From contig JACOND010000005.1 in NCBI GenBank assembly GCA_014323935.1, positions 17,428-81,427 of the forward strand: a stretch of 64,000 nt of DNA, given 5' to 3'. The notes beneath the pieces are model-generated. The model searched no databases. It saw only the letters and a program-made list of their open reading frames with translations, and was not told the DNA's origin. Positions within the stretch are counted from its first letter, which is position 1. Each line of letters opens with the position of its first letter. Both the position numbers and the translations under genes were made by a program. The stretch comes from Bdellovibrionales bacterium (GTDB lineage Bacteria > Bdellovibrionota > Bdellovibrionia > Bdellovibrionales > UBA1609). Positions 54,819 to 64,000 of this stretch are shown piece after piece.

Positions 54819-55505
54819 TTAGAAATGATTTTTTAACTTAGAAATCTGTTTTTCGACTTCTTTTAATTCTTTTTTAAACTTTTCTCTAAATTTTTTAGAG
54901 CGATTATTTTTTATGGCTTCTTGTAAGATTTCTTTTGCCATAAGCAGTTTACCTATTTTTTTAGAGCTTTTAGCTGCTAAAGAATAAAGCCAAAAAGGAC
55001 CTCCTAAATCAGCTGTTTTAAGTAAAAGAGGAATCGCTTTTTCATGGTTTTCAAGTTCTATGAGATAGTGGTAAGAGGCATTAAAATGAAGTCTCCAGTT
55101 ATTAGGGAAATTGATAAGTGCTTTATCATAGATTTTTTTAGCACCTAATTTATCTCCCATGATAATACTCATGATGGGAGTAACTAACTCATAAGGAGCT
55201 AAAAAACGAGGAGATAATTCTGTAATAGCCTCTGTCATTTTGTAGGACCAACCTTCTTTGCATTCATATTTTTTTTCCCCATCATAAATAGGAAGACCTT
55301 TTTGAGAACTACAGAAGTCCACATTTTGTAATAATCTCATCCATAAAATATCTGCATAGATTTCTTGGAATCCTAATGAAAAGTGTTTTATGTTTTTTGA
55401 AGGAGCAAAGTAGAAAAGGGGTTTATCTTTTTTTTGAAAAGATTTTTGAAAAAACAATAAATTAACTCCAAAAAATAGAAAGGATAAGATTAAAAATTTT
55501 GACAT
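54819..55505 (-). CDS. TPR-like repeat protein with N-terminal signal/anchor
   Basis: 228 aa. Hydrophobic N-terminus and TPR-like pairs (AKKIYDKALINFPNNWRLHFNASYHYL, EKAIPLLLKTADLG). Confidence 0.5.
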   Translation of the reverse strand: MSKFLILSFLFFGVNLLFFQKSFQKKDKPLFYFAPSKNIKHFSLGFQEIYADILWMRLLQNVDFCSSQKGLPIYDGEKKYECKEGWSYKMTEAITELSPRFLAPYELVTPIMSIIMGDKLGAKKIYDKALINFPNNWRLHFNASYHYLIELENHEKAIPLLLKTADLGGPFWLYSLAAKSSKKIGKLLMAKEILQEAIKNNRSKKFREKFKKELKEVEKQISKLKNHF

Positions 55506-55668
55506 TTCTTAATTAAGATTAAAAGATTTTCTAAAAAAAAAAAAGGTTTTTTAGTGTATAAGCTTCTTTTATGTTAAGTATTAGATTTTTATTTATTGAG
55601 TTGAAAAAAGGTAAATAAAAGCTTGAATTTTTTTACAAAACTTATTTTTTAGATACTCTACCTTTCTA

Positions 55669-58600
55669 ATGAATTTTAAGAACTTTAAAATTTTTACTTT
55701 TCTGTTTTTGATAGTTTTTTCAAATTCTGTTTTCTCTAACGATGGATGTAAGAGTATTTTTGAAGGATCTTTGAGAGAGCTTACAGAAAGAGCAAAAGAT
55801 CAACAACCTCCTGTTCCCTTACCTAAGTTTTTAAATGTTCTTGAGGAATATGAACTTACAAGAAAATGGTTGGGACTACCTGTGGATTTAGGAATTTTTA
55901 AAGAGATTGTTCCCAATGGAGTGACCTTTATTAGTCACTCTTTATATGAGTCGGCCTCGAAAAGTGCAGTTAAGTTTGATGCAAGGGATGGAGGTCACGC
56001 AACTATAATGAGAGCTGAGTATAAAATTAAAGTAGAAGAAAATGAGAAAACTGTGAAAACGAATGTAACTTTCAGTAATTTTGGTTTAAAATTTAATCTA
56101 GGGAAGGAGCAAAAATGGTTGATTGGACCAGAATTTCGAGCGGGTATTTTATTTCTACATGGGGGCGGAACAAAATCTGCAGGAGGTCATGTCGCAGCTC
56201 CTTTAATTAATTATTTTGCGAAATATAATATTCCTGTTATTTCTCCTGATCTTCCATGGCATGGGGAAGGACCTAGAATGTTTATGGATTCTTTTGATGG
56301 AGAAATTGAGGCTATTTTTAAATTTGTTAAAAAGTATGTTCATCCTAAAGTCCCTTTATTTGTTTGGGGGCATAGCTTTGGAGGAACTCTTGCTCATCGT
56401 TTGATGCAGATAGTTAATGAGAACAACAAAGACCGATTTCATAACAATTTAAAAGGATTAATTATTACTTCCCCTGGTATTGATCCTGTTCCAGTAGGAT
56501 CCGGTCAAGAAAAGTTAAATGCTTTTAGAAAATTGAGAGAACAATCAATGAATAATTCTGATGTGTCTCCAATGGATAAAGATATTTTTAATAAAATGAT
56601 ATCGGATGGAAAGGTGAGTCCTATAGGGAATTTTTTTGCATCTCTAATTCTAGCACAGTTAGATGATACTGGTGTTCTAGGACAGTTAGATGATACTCGT
56701 GTTACTGGTAGAAAATATTTACCTGCTTTAATGATTGTTGGAACGGGGGATCCTTTGGTTTATGTAGGTTTAAAAGAGAAGTTCGAGAATTATTTTGATA
56801 ATTTAAAGAATGTAGAGAAACATTATTTAAATGAACTTCCTTTGTTTACTGATGGAAATGAAAAAATTAAGGTAGGACATCTTTTAAGTGATTACACACT
56901 AGAGGGAGAAAAGGAACCTGTGAATTTTAGTTTAGGTAGAAAATTTATAATTCGGGTTTTAGCTGAACTACAATATAAAAAATCAGTTCAAGAAGAAACA
57001 GAAACAAAAGATACATTAATAAATAAAAAAACAAAAGAAATAGAAACTGAATTAAGAGAAGCTAAAGATAATTTTTCTATTTTTGAAATATTAAGACTTT
57101 ATAGTAATGATTTAGCTTTTAGACAATGGGTTGAAACAGAAAGTATAGTTATTGTTACAGCAAATGAGCCTTTAATGAAGTATATAAAGGATTTAGAAAA
57201 TAAAAAGAAAGATATAGAAAGTTTTGTTGTTACATTTCTTCATCCTAAAAGATGGTTATATTCTTGGTTAAAAGATAATAATAGGAAGGAGAGTGTTAGT
57301 GAAGAAGACATGATCTATATGTTACAATTTCAATCTTTTATTTCAGATCCCCCTTTTGTTAAATTTGTAAAAAATTTAAATTACTCTAGAATGATTAATT
57401 CTTTTCTTGAAGAAGGACAGGTTCTAAACAATATTAAACCTTTTCTTAATCAAAATGAAAATAATTTAAAAGATTTTTTAGCTAATTCTCATCTTACAGA
57501 AGAAAAACAAAAGGAATTTCAATCTTTTATTTCAGATTCCTATTTTCTTGAATTTGTACAAAATTCAATTTACTTGAGTAAAATTAATTCTTTTCTTGAA
57601 GAAGGACAGTTTCTAAACAATTTTAAACCTTTTCTTGGTCAAAATGAAAATAATTTAACAGGTTTTTTAGCTAAATATTCTCATCTTACAGAAGAAAAAC
57701 AAAAGGAATTTCAATCTTTTATTTCAGATTCCGATTTTGTTGAACTCGATTTTGATAAATTTGTAAAAGCTTTAAACAAAGTAGAAAATTACTCGAGTGA
57801 GATTAATCATTTTATTGAAAATAATGTTGTGTCTTCTATGGTGGGGAGAAAAAGTGAAAGAAGTTTTCTAAACACATTTAATACTTTTCTTAAACAAAAT
57901 GATTTAACAGGTTTTTTTAATGAATATTTTTATATTACAGAAGAAAAACAAAAGGAATTGCAATCTTTAATAGCAGATCAAACAGAACTTGAAAGAAAAA
58001 TTAATGGTACTTATATTTTTTCTTTTGAAGAAGTATTAGAGTTTAAAGAGAAAAATTTTTTAGAAGAAAAAGCGAAAGAAATTTTTCAAGAAATAAAAAT
58101 AAATGTTCAAAATAGAATTAACCTTCAAAGAAAACTAAAAGAATTAGATGATACTATTTCTCAAAGAAAACAATATATGAATAATAATAATATACAAAAG
58201 ATTTCTCAATATATAAAAAAAGTGAACAATTTTCTTTCAGAATTTCAATCAAATCCTACTCTCTTTAAAAAAGAGTTTAAAAATTTAGAAGAAAAATTTA
58301 ATGAGCTTTATGAGACATGGGGTGAGATGACTGATACACTTGAGGCGGAAATTATACCCCTTCTAGGCAGTGGAAATTTTACTTTAGATAATCTAAATAA
58401 GATTATAAATGAGCATAGGGATATAATTGTTAAATATGAGATTCTTTATAATACTTATGTAGAAATGAGAAAAAAAATAAGACAAGCTGTAATTGATGCT
58501 GTTTTAGAGGGAAAATTAGAAACAACAGAAGAAGAAAAAGAAGCTTTTGAAGCACTTTACAAAAATTTAGGATTATATAAAGTGACAGAATCAGCTTCTC

Positions 58601-58827
58601 TTGAGTTAGCTAAAGATGAAGCAAGTTATCTAAAACTTCAAAAGCAAGAAGCTGAATCAATGCAAAAATATTATAGCTTATCTCCTTTTGAAACTTTGAA
58701 AGATGTGACGATTATCCCGGTAAAAGATCTCTTAAATAGAAAATTTGTAAGTCAAGACACAGGAGAAAATATTTTAAAAGAGTTTGGATTTTTACAGTCT
58801 CGAACTTTACCTCCTCTTCCTGAGTAA
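55669..58827 (+). CDS. secreted alpha/beta-hydrolase (lipase/esterase-like) fused to 63-aa helical repeats and a long coiled-coil C-terminus
   Basis: 1052 aa with a signal peptide (...FSNSVFS|ND). Oxyanion-hole-like LHGGGTKSAGGH, nucleophile elbow GHSFGG, acid candidate GTGDPLV and His candidate KVGHLL. Repeats FQSFISD...LTEEKQKE follow. Confidence 0.65.
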   Translation: MNFKNFKIFTFLFLIVFSNSVFSNDGCKSIFEGSLRELTERAKDQQPPVPLPKFLNVLEEYELTRKWLGLPVDLGIFKEIVPNGVTFISHSLYESASKSAVKFDARDGGHATIMRAEYKIKVEENEKTVKTNVTFSNFGLKFNLGKEQKWLIGPEFRAGILFLHGGGTKSAGGHVAAPLINYFAKYNIPVISPDLPWHGEGPRMFMDSFDGEIEAIFKFVKKYVHPKVPLFVWGHSFGGTLAHRLMQIVNENNKDRFHNNLKGLIITSPGIDPVPVGSGQEKLNAFRKLREQSMNNSDVSPMDKDIFNKMISDGKVSPIGNFFASLILAQLDDTGVLGQLDDTRVTGRKYLPALMIVGTGDPLVYVGLKEKFENYFDNLKNVEKHYLNELPLFTDGNEKIKVGHLLSDYTLEGEKEPVNFSLGRKFIIRVLAELQYKKSVQEETETKDTLINKKTKEIETELREAKDNFSIFEILRLYSNDLAFRQWVETESIVIVTANEPLMKYIKDLENKKKDIESFVVTFLHPKRWLYSWLKDNNRKESVSEEDMIYMLQFQSFISDPPFVKFVKNLNYSRMINSFLEEGQVLNNIKPFLNQNENNLKDFLANSHLTEEKQKEFQSFISDSYFLEFVQNSIYLSKINSFLEEGQFLNNFKPFLGQNENNLTGFLAKYSHLTEEKQKEFQSFISDSDFVELDFDKFVKALNKVENYSSEINHFIENNVVSSMVGRKSERSFLNTFNTFLKQNDLTGFFNEYFYITEEKQKELQSLIADQTELERKINGTYIFSFEEVLEFKEKNFLEEKAKEIFQEIKINVQNRINLQRKLKELDDTISQRKQYMNNNNIQKISQYIKKVNNFLSEFQSNPTLFKKEFKNLEEKFNELYETWGEMTDTLEAEIIPLLGSGNFTLDNLNKIINEHRDIIVKYEILYNTYVEMRKKIRQAVIDAVLEGKLETTEEEKEAFEALYKNLGLYKVTESASLELAKDEASYLKLQKQEAESMQKYYSLSPFETLKDVTIIPVKDLLNRKFVSQDTGENILKEFGFLQSRTLPPLPE
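57328..57990 (+). repeat. intragenic tandem repeats (periods 189, 192 and 249 nt)
   Basis: TTTCAATCTTTTATTTCAGAT recurs at 57328, 57517 and 57709, with a diverged copy at 57958. It encodes FQSFISD(P/S)xF..F(V)..........INSFLEEGQ.LNN.KPFL.QNENNL..FLA..SHLTEEKQKE. Confidence 0.85.
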
Positions 58828-58901
58828 AAAAAACATTCTTTTTGTTATAAGATATAGTTAAACTCATTGAAAATTAAAGTTTCTTATATTAAAAGTAAAA
58901 T

Positions 58902-59993
58902 ATGAAAAAACGTGTTTTAGTTGCTATGAGTGGAGGAGTTGATAGTTCTGTCTCCGCAGCTCTTTTAAAGGATGAAGGATATGATGTGGTTGGAGCTATT
59001 TTACAGGTTTGGGATTATTCTCAAACGCAAAATAAAGAAGGATATGGAACCTGTTGTTCTCACATAGATGTTCAAGATGCTCGCTTTGTCGCTAGGGTTT
59101 TAGATATTCCTTTTTATGTTTTAGATGTTGAAAAGACTTTTGAGGAAAAAGTAATAACTCCATTTGTAGATAATTATCTTCAAGGAAAAACCCCTATTCC
59201 CTGTGTGAATTGTAATACTTTTCTTAAATTTCATTATCTTATAAAAAAAATGAAGGAGCTAGAATGTGATTTTTTAGCAACCGGTCATTATGCTGAGATT
59301 AAAAAATTACAAAAGGGAAAGTATGGTCTTTTTACAAGTTCTAATACTTTGAAAGATCAAACTTATTTTTTATTCACTTTAAAGCCTGAGCTTTTACCTC
59401 GGCTTTTATTTCCTGTTGGAAATATGAGAAAAGAAGATGTTCGTAAAATTGCTTTTAAAAAAGCTCTTCCTGTTTTTCAAAAAAAGGATTCAACAGGGAT
59501 TTGTTTTGTTGGAAAAGGGAGTTATACTCATTTTATTAAAGATTACATGAAAAAAAATCAAATCCAAGAATCAAAAAAGGGAGTCTTTAAAAAATTTCCA
59601 ACAGGGGAAATTTTAGGGGAACACTTTGGTGTTTATAATTTTACAATTGGACAAAGGAAAGGTTTAGGAATTTCTTCAAATAAAGCTCTTTTTGTTGTGA
59701 AAATTGATTTAGAGACTCGAGACGTTTGGTTAGGAGATAAAAAACAGCTTTACTCTCGTTCAGCAGAGATAGGGGATGTGAACTGTTTAGATGAAATTCG
59801 AAATGGAGAAAAAATTCATGTCAAAATTCGTTTTCAAGATAAAGCCTCTCTTGCTTACATTTATAAAAAATCTCAATCTTATTTTTTAAAGTTTGTTGAG
59901 CCTAAAAAAGCTGTCACACCAGGACAATCTGCTGTTTTTTATAGAGATAAACAAATTTTAGGTGGAGGATTTATTAAAAAGATATGTTATTAA
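58902..59993 (+). CDS. mnmA: tRNA 2-thiouridine(34) synthase MnmA
   Basis: 363 aa. PP-loop VAMSGGVDSSV, catalytic Cys contexts (CVNCN, TGICFVG) and the C-terminal PGQSAVFY block. Confidence 0.95.
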   Translation: MKKRVLVAMSGGVDSSVSAALLKDEGYDVVGAILQVWDYSQTQNKEGYGTCCSHIDVQDARFVARVLDIPFYVLDVEKTFEEKVITPFVDNYLQGKTPIPCVNCNTFLKFHYLIKKMKELECDFLATGHYAEIKKLQKGKYGLFTSSNTLKDQTYFLFTLKPELLPRLLFPVGNMRKEDVRKIAFKKALPVFQKKDSTGICFVGKGSYTHFIKDYMKKNQIQESKKGVFKKFPTGEILGEHFGVYNFTIGQRKGLGISSNKALFVVKIDLETRDVWLGDKKQLYSRSAEIGDVNCLDEIRNGEKIHVKIRFQDKASLAYIYKKSQSYFLKFVEPKKAVTPGQSAVFYRDKQILGGGFIKKICY

Positions 59994-60026
59994 TGAATGA
60001 TAAAAGCTTTTTAGAAAAATTATCTT

Positions 60027-61295
60027 ATGAATCAAAATAGTATAGAAATACAAACTTTTGGTTGTAAGTTAAATCATTATGATAGTCTTTTGATGCAAAA
60101 GAGTTTAAATCAAGTGGCTTTTCCAAAAAAAGTTACCATTTTAAACAGCTGTGCTGTTACGGCTCGAGTGGGAAAAGAGATTCGAAAAAGAGCTGAGAAA
60201 ATAAAAAAATTAGACTCTGAAAATTTTGTTGTTGTTGTAGGTTGTGGAGCTCAGGTTGAGACCCATTTTTATGAAAGCACTCAAGCTGTAGATATGGTTA
60301 TAGGAAATTCAGATAGAAAAAATTTAAAATCTCTTATTGAAAAATTTTTATCTCAAAAAAAAAATCAGCAAAAAAGTTTTAAATCTAATATTTTTAAAAA
60401 ATCAGAGATTTATAGTGATTTTGTTTTACCTCCTCCTGATAAAACAAGAGCGTATTTAAAAATTCAAGAGGGTTGTGATAGCTTTTGTACTTTCTGTATT
60501 ATTCCCTTTGCTCGTGGAAAAAGTAAAAGTTTACCTTATTCTTTTCTAATAGATTCTATTCATCAGTTAGAGGAAAAAGGAATTCAAGAAGTTGTTTTAA
60601 CGGGAGTTCATATTGGAGATTATAGAGATGGAGATAAAAATTTAGAAGGCTTAATCTTTCATATATTAAAACAGAGTTCTATTCCTCGCATTCGATTAAC
60701 AAGTTTAGAACCTATTGAAATTACACCAAAGCTTTTAGAATGTTATCAAGATGAGAGGATGTGTCCACATTTTCATATCAGTTTACAAAGTACCAACTCT
60801 AAAGTTTTATCCTCTATGAAGAGAAAGTATTCACAAAAAGAAGTCGAACAGGCTTTTAAAAGAATCACTCAATATCTTCCTCATGCTTTTATTGGTATGG
60901 ATATTATCGTAGGTTTTCCAACGGAGACGTCTCAAGATTTTAAAGAGAGCTACCAACTATTAAGAAATCATTCTTGGACAAACATGCATGTGTTTCCTTA
61001 TAGCCCCAGACAAGGAACTTATTCCTATTTTAAGTATCAAGCTTTAGATCAAAAAGAAGTTTCAAGACGGGCTAAATTACTTAGAAAGCTGAGTGAAAAA
61101 CGTTTTTGTGAGAAATTAAAAGAGCAGGTAGGAACAACAAAAAAGGTTCTTTTATTTAACAAGGATAATACCAAAGGCTTAAGTAGGGATTATTGGAAAA
61201 TAAAAATTCCTGCGTCTCAATTTAAAGGAGAAAAACAAGTTAAAATTATAGGAGCTGATTACATTGAATCTAAACTTCTAGCCGATACAATTTAA
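60027..61295 (+). CDS. mtaB: radical-SAM methylthiotransferase, MtaB-like (MiaB/RimO family)
   Basis: 422 aa. N-terminal MTTase Cys triad (FGCKLN, NSCAVT, GCGAQ) and radical [11 protein letters not shown]. Size and N-terminus fit MtaB best. Confidence 0.8.
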   Translation: MNQNSIEIQTFGCKLNHYDSLLMQKSLNQVAFPKKVTILNSCAVTARVGKEIRKRAEKIKKLDSENFVVVVGCGAQVETHFYESTQAVDMVIGNSDRKNLKSLIEKFLSQKKNQQKSFKSNIFKKSEIYSDFVLPPPDKTRAYLKIQEGCDSFCTFCIIPFARGKSKSLPYSFLIDSIHQLEEKGIQEVVLTGVHIGDYRDGDKNLEGLIFHILKQSSIPRIRLTSLEPIEITPKLLECYQDERMCPHFHISLQSTNSKVLSSMKRKYSQKEVEQAFKRITQYLPHAFIGMDIIVGFPTETSQDFKESYQLLRNHSWTNMHVFPYSPRQGTYSYFKYQALDQKEVSRRAKLLRKLSEKRFCEKLKEQVGTTKKVLLFNKDNTKGLSRDYWKIKIPASQFKGEKQVKIIGADYIESKLLADTI

Positions 61296-61304
61296 GTTCC
61301 CTTA

Positions 61305-63374
61305 TTACAAGAAAGGAGCTATCAATAAGGCTACAATAGACATAAGTTTAATGATGATGTTCATAGCAGGACCTGTGGTGTCTTTAAAAGGATCCCCTAC
61401 AGTATCTCCAATCACAGCCGCCCGGTGAGCAGAACTCCCTTTACTTTCTCCTTCAACTTGATTTTGTTCAATGTATTTTTTAGCATTATCCCAAGCTCCT
61501 CCTGAATTTGCCATAAAAAGAGCAAGAGTAACACCTGTTACGAGAGAACCTGCTAAAGCTCCTCCTAAAGTTTCTGCTCCTAAAAAGAAACCAATTGCAA
61601 CAGGAGCTAAGACGGCACAAAGTCCCGGTAATATCATTTCCTTAAGAGCTGCTTTTGTAGAAATATCAATACATTTTTTTGTATCAGGTTCCGCTTGACC
61701 TTCTAGCAAGCCTTTAATCTCTTTAAATTGACGGCGGATTTCTTCAACCATCCGGCCCGCTGCTTTACCAACAGACGTCATAGTTAAGCTCGCACAAAAT
61801 AACACGACCATAGCTCCTAAGAAAAGACCTGTTACAACTTCTGGATTACTCAAGTCCATATTAAAATTTCCCTCATTAACTAAAACCGCTTGTTTGAAAG
61901 CAACAAAAAGAGCAAGAGCTGTTAAAGCTGCAGAACCAATAGCAAAACCTTTCCCAATAGCAGCTGTTGTATTTCCTAGAGAGTCAAGTTCATCTGTAAT
62001 TTTTCTAACTTCAGGACCTAATCCAGACATTTCAGCTATTCCCCCAGCATTATCTGCTACCGGACCATAAGCATCTATACTCATTGTTACACCTACTGTT
62101 GCAAGCATTCCCACAGCAGAAAGAGCAATTCCGTATAAACCACACAAGTGATAAGAACCAAAAATAACAGAAGCTATAAGAAATAAAGGAATAGCACAAG
62201 ACTCTAAACCTAAGGCAACTCCAGAGATAATGTTAGTAGCAGGTCCTGTTTTAGAGGCTTTTGTAATACGAAAGACAGGTTTACCTGCAGTGTAAAATTC
62301 TGTGACCTTTCCAATTAAAATACCTCCGGCTTGACCCATTGTAATTACAAAGAAAAGTTTCATTCCTTCTCCAGATATAAAAATGAAGATTCCTGTAAGG
62401 AGTAAAAAAATAACTCCTGCTGTGAGTTCAGAAGCTGTAAGAGCTAAAGAAGGTTTGAGTTTTTTAAAAACATTCATACAAAAAACTCCTAAAAAACTAG
62501 AAAAAAGCCCTATAATAGAAAGGTAAATAGGAAGAGTTATTAAAAAAGTTCGGGAAGTTGTTTCAAAAATCATTTTCATATCTGCTAGATTCATTGTTAC
62601 AGCTAATGTGATAGAAGCCACCATAGCTCCTACATAGGATTCAAAAATATCAGCTCCCATCCCTGCGACATCTCCTACATTGTCTCCTACATTGTCAGCA
62701 ATAACGCCAGGGTTACGAGGATCATCTTCAGGGATTCCTGCCTCTACTTTACCTACAAGGTCAGAACCTACATCGGCAGCTTTAGTAAAAATCCCTCCTC
62801 CGACCCGAGCAAAAAGAGCTATGGAACTAGCTCCCATTGAAAAACCTGAAATAATAGATAAAAAGAAGTTTTCTACAAGTGATTCAACAAGACTAAAACT
62901 ATCTGTGAAGAAGGAAAGTTGATAAAAAACAAGAAAACCTAAACCTAAGAGTCCAAGGCTTCCTACAGATATGCCCATAACAGCTCCTCCATTAAAGGCT
63001 AATAAAAGAGCTTTTGAAATACCTGTTTGTTTAGCTGCTTGTGCTGTTCTTGAGTTGCAACGAGTTGCTGATTTCATTCCAATAAATCCAGCAAGAGCGG
63101 AGCAAGTTGCACCTAAAATAAAAGCTAAACTTACTTTAAAAGAGAAAGCAAAAAATAAAAGAAGAGCAATTCCCCCTACAAAGATAGCAAGACGATTGTA
63201 TTCCGCTTTGAGGAAAGTCATAGCTCCTATGTGAATGTTTTCAGCAATTTTTTTCATTTTATCAGAACCCGAATCTTGTTTTTTTATGTTGTGATATAGA
63301 AAATAAGCTAAAGCTAAACCTACAACACTTATTAATAATACGGTTCCTAAACCATAAGATATAAGAGCTGACAT
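61305..63374 (-). CDS. hppA: membrane-bound proton/sodium-translocating pyrophosphatase (K+-dependent subtype by motif)
   Basis: 689 aa with about 16 [51 protein letters not shown] carries Ala at the position that distinguishes K+-dependent from K+-independent (Lys) enzymes. Confidence 0.95.
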   Translation of the reverse strand: MSALISYGLGTVLLISVVGLALAYFLYHNIKKQDSGSDKMKKIAENIHIGAMTFLKAEYNRLAIFVGGIALLLFFAFSFKVSLAFILGATCSALAGFIGMKSATRCNSRTAQAAKQTGISKALLLAFNGGAVMGISVGSLGLLGLGFLVFYQLSFFTDSFSLVESLVENFFLSIISGFSMGASSIALFARVGGGIFTKAADVGSDLVGKVEAGIPEDDPRNPGVIADNVGDNVGDVAGMGADIFESYVGAMVASITLAVTMNLADMKMIFETTSRTFLITLPIYLSIIGLFSSFLGVFCMNVFKKLKPSLALTASELTAGVIFLLLTGIFIFISGEGMKLFFVITMGQAGGILIGKVTEFYTAGKPVFRITKASKTGPATNIISGVALGLESCAIPLFLIASVIFGSYHLCGLYGIALSAVGMLATVGVTMSIDAYGPVADNAGGIAEMSGLGPEVRKITDELDSLGNTTAAIGKGFAIGSAALTALALFVAFKQAVLVNEGNFNMDLSNPEVVTGLFLGAMVVLFCASLTMTSVGKAAGRMVEEIRRQFKEIKGLLEGQAEPDTKKCIDISTKAALKEMILPGLCAVLAPVAIGFFLGAETLGGALAGSLVTGVTLALFMANSGGAWDNAKKYIEQNQVEGESKGSSAHRAAVIGDTVGDPFKDTTGPAMNIIIKLMSIVALLIAPFL

Positions 63375-63510
63375 AAATTCTCCTCTATGTTTTTTTGACT
63401 CTTTTATAGAGCTTATTTTATTTTGGCAACAATTTTTTAATTAAAAAGGGGAATTATATGTTTGAGTAGCCAAGTTGTTCTATAATACATTAAAATTATA
63501 AGAGTTTAGC

Positions 63511-63803
63511 ATGAAGAAAAAAGCAAGAATTTTAAGTGGTTATGAGTTTTTAAAGACATTTAATATGTAGTTTAATGTCTCAAGTTTTTAGAAAAAAATC
63601 TTTGGAAAGATGGTGTAAAATGTAGTTATGGTAGTTCAAAGAATGTTTCAAAGAAAAATAAAAAAACAGGCTTTAGAAGATGCCGAGATTGTAGGAAAGA
63701 ATTTAATGTCAGGACAGGCACAATTTTTCAAAGGTCAAAACTCTCTCTTTCAAAATGGCTTTATGCTATTTTTTGCAAGTATTTAAAAGAAAGTCTAAAA
63801 TGA
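63511..63803 (+). mobile_element. IS1595-family (ISXO2-like) transposase N-terminal fragment, disrupted
   Basis: Spread across frames: SGYEFLKTFN ... CLKFLEKNLWKDGVKCSYGSS...FRRCRDCRKEFNVRTGTIFQRSKLSLSKWLYAIF. This is the zinc-ribbon N-terminal module of IS1595 transposases, with one CxxC lost. There are stops and no DDE domain downstream. Confidence 0.55.
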
Positions 63804-64000
63804 AAGTGTTATTCCTTCAATCAATGACTATTATGCCTATATAAGTATTGTTTTGTTAATTGATAAATTTCCTTTTTAAGAAGAATAAAGCTCTTTTTAT
63901 ATAGTTTAATAAATTCTTTTTCTTTGGAAATTATATATTTAAGATGATAACCTTAATTTGTTTTGAAATATAACATTCATGAGTCCTGTCAAAATGATTC

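Noticed and set aside
61471-63234. Three plus-strand ORFs (61471..61698, 62680..62922, 62971..63234) opposite hppA
   Set aside because: These are shadow ORFs antisense to the relatively GC-richer pyrophosphatase gene. Their Ala/Pro/Lys-rich translations are typical of reverse-frame artefacts.
63421-63440. Sigma-54 promoter-like TTGGCAACAATTTTTT
   Set aside because: Only the GG element is present and there is no TTGC -12 element at the correct spacing. Downstream is only an IS fragment.

Overview
A strongly AT-rich bacterial chromosome segment (about 30% G+C by eye, not computed), standard genetic code, densely packed, with the gene content of a diderm bacterium. Most of the window is housekeeping: lon, purM, mreC-mreD-mrdA-rodA, trpS, ispA-like, dnaB, ftsK, a type IV pilin, class I nrdA, a Cys/Met PLP enzyme, tRNA-Phe, a sigma-54-activator-like protein, transaldolase, dapB, asnS, tRNA-Ser, putA, a GltP-type symporter, mnmA, mtaB and an H+/Na+-pyrophosphatase. 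Many Fis-type HTH proteins, a DUF4388-like response regulator, T4 pilin and an EBP-like regulator are reminiscent of Bdellovibrionota/Oligoflexia-like lineages, but this placement is a weak inference. Several accessory or decayed patches interrupt the housekeeping genes. (1) The pilin gene is bracketed by a perfect 35-bp inverted repeat (21.87-23.13 kb). (2) A degenerate 77-bp tandem-repeat array sits next to an intact orphan beta-class DNA methyltransferase, followed by Fic-like, HsdR and Rpn gene wrecks (26.0-28.8 kb). (3) An uncharacterised, tandemly duplicated two-gene module pairs a predicted outer-membrane beta-barrel with a secreted or lipoprotein helical partner carrying an EF-hand-like loop (29.05-35.43 kb). 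This is my best candidate for an undescribed system. (4) A multiply frameshifted dcm lies directly 3' of tRNA-Ser. (5) A frameshifted Panacea (DUF4065)-like antitoxin gene is translationally coupled to a small tail-anchored ORF, next to a 110-bp tandem duplication (47.9-50.4 kb). (6) A large secreted alpha/beta-hydrolase carries 63-aa repeats. (7) An IS1595 transposase fragment lies at the right edge. I saw no rRNA, CRISPR array, tmRNA or RNase P RNA. All homology calls come from motif recognition by eye; no searches were run.
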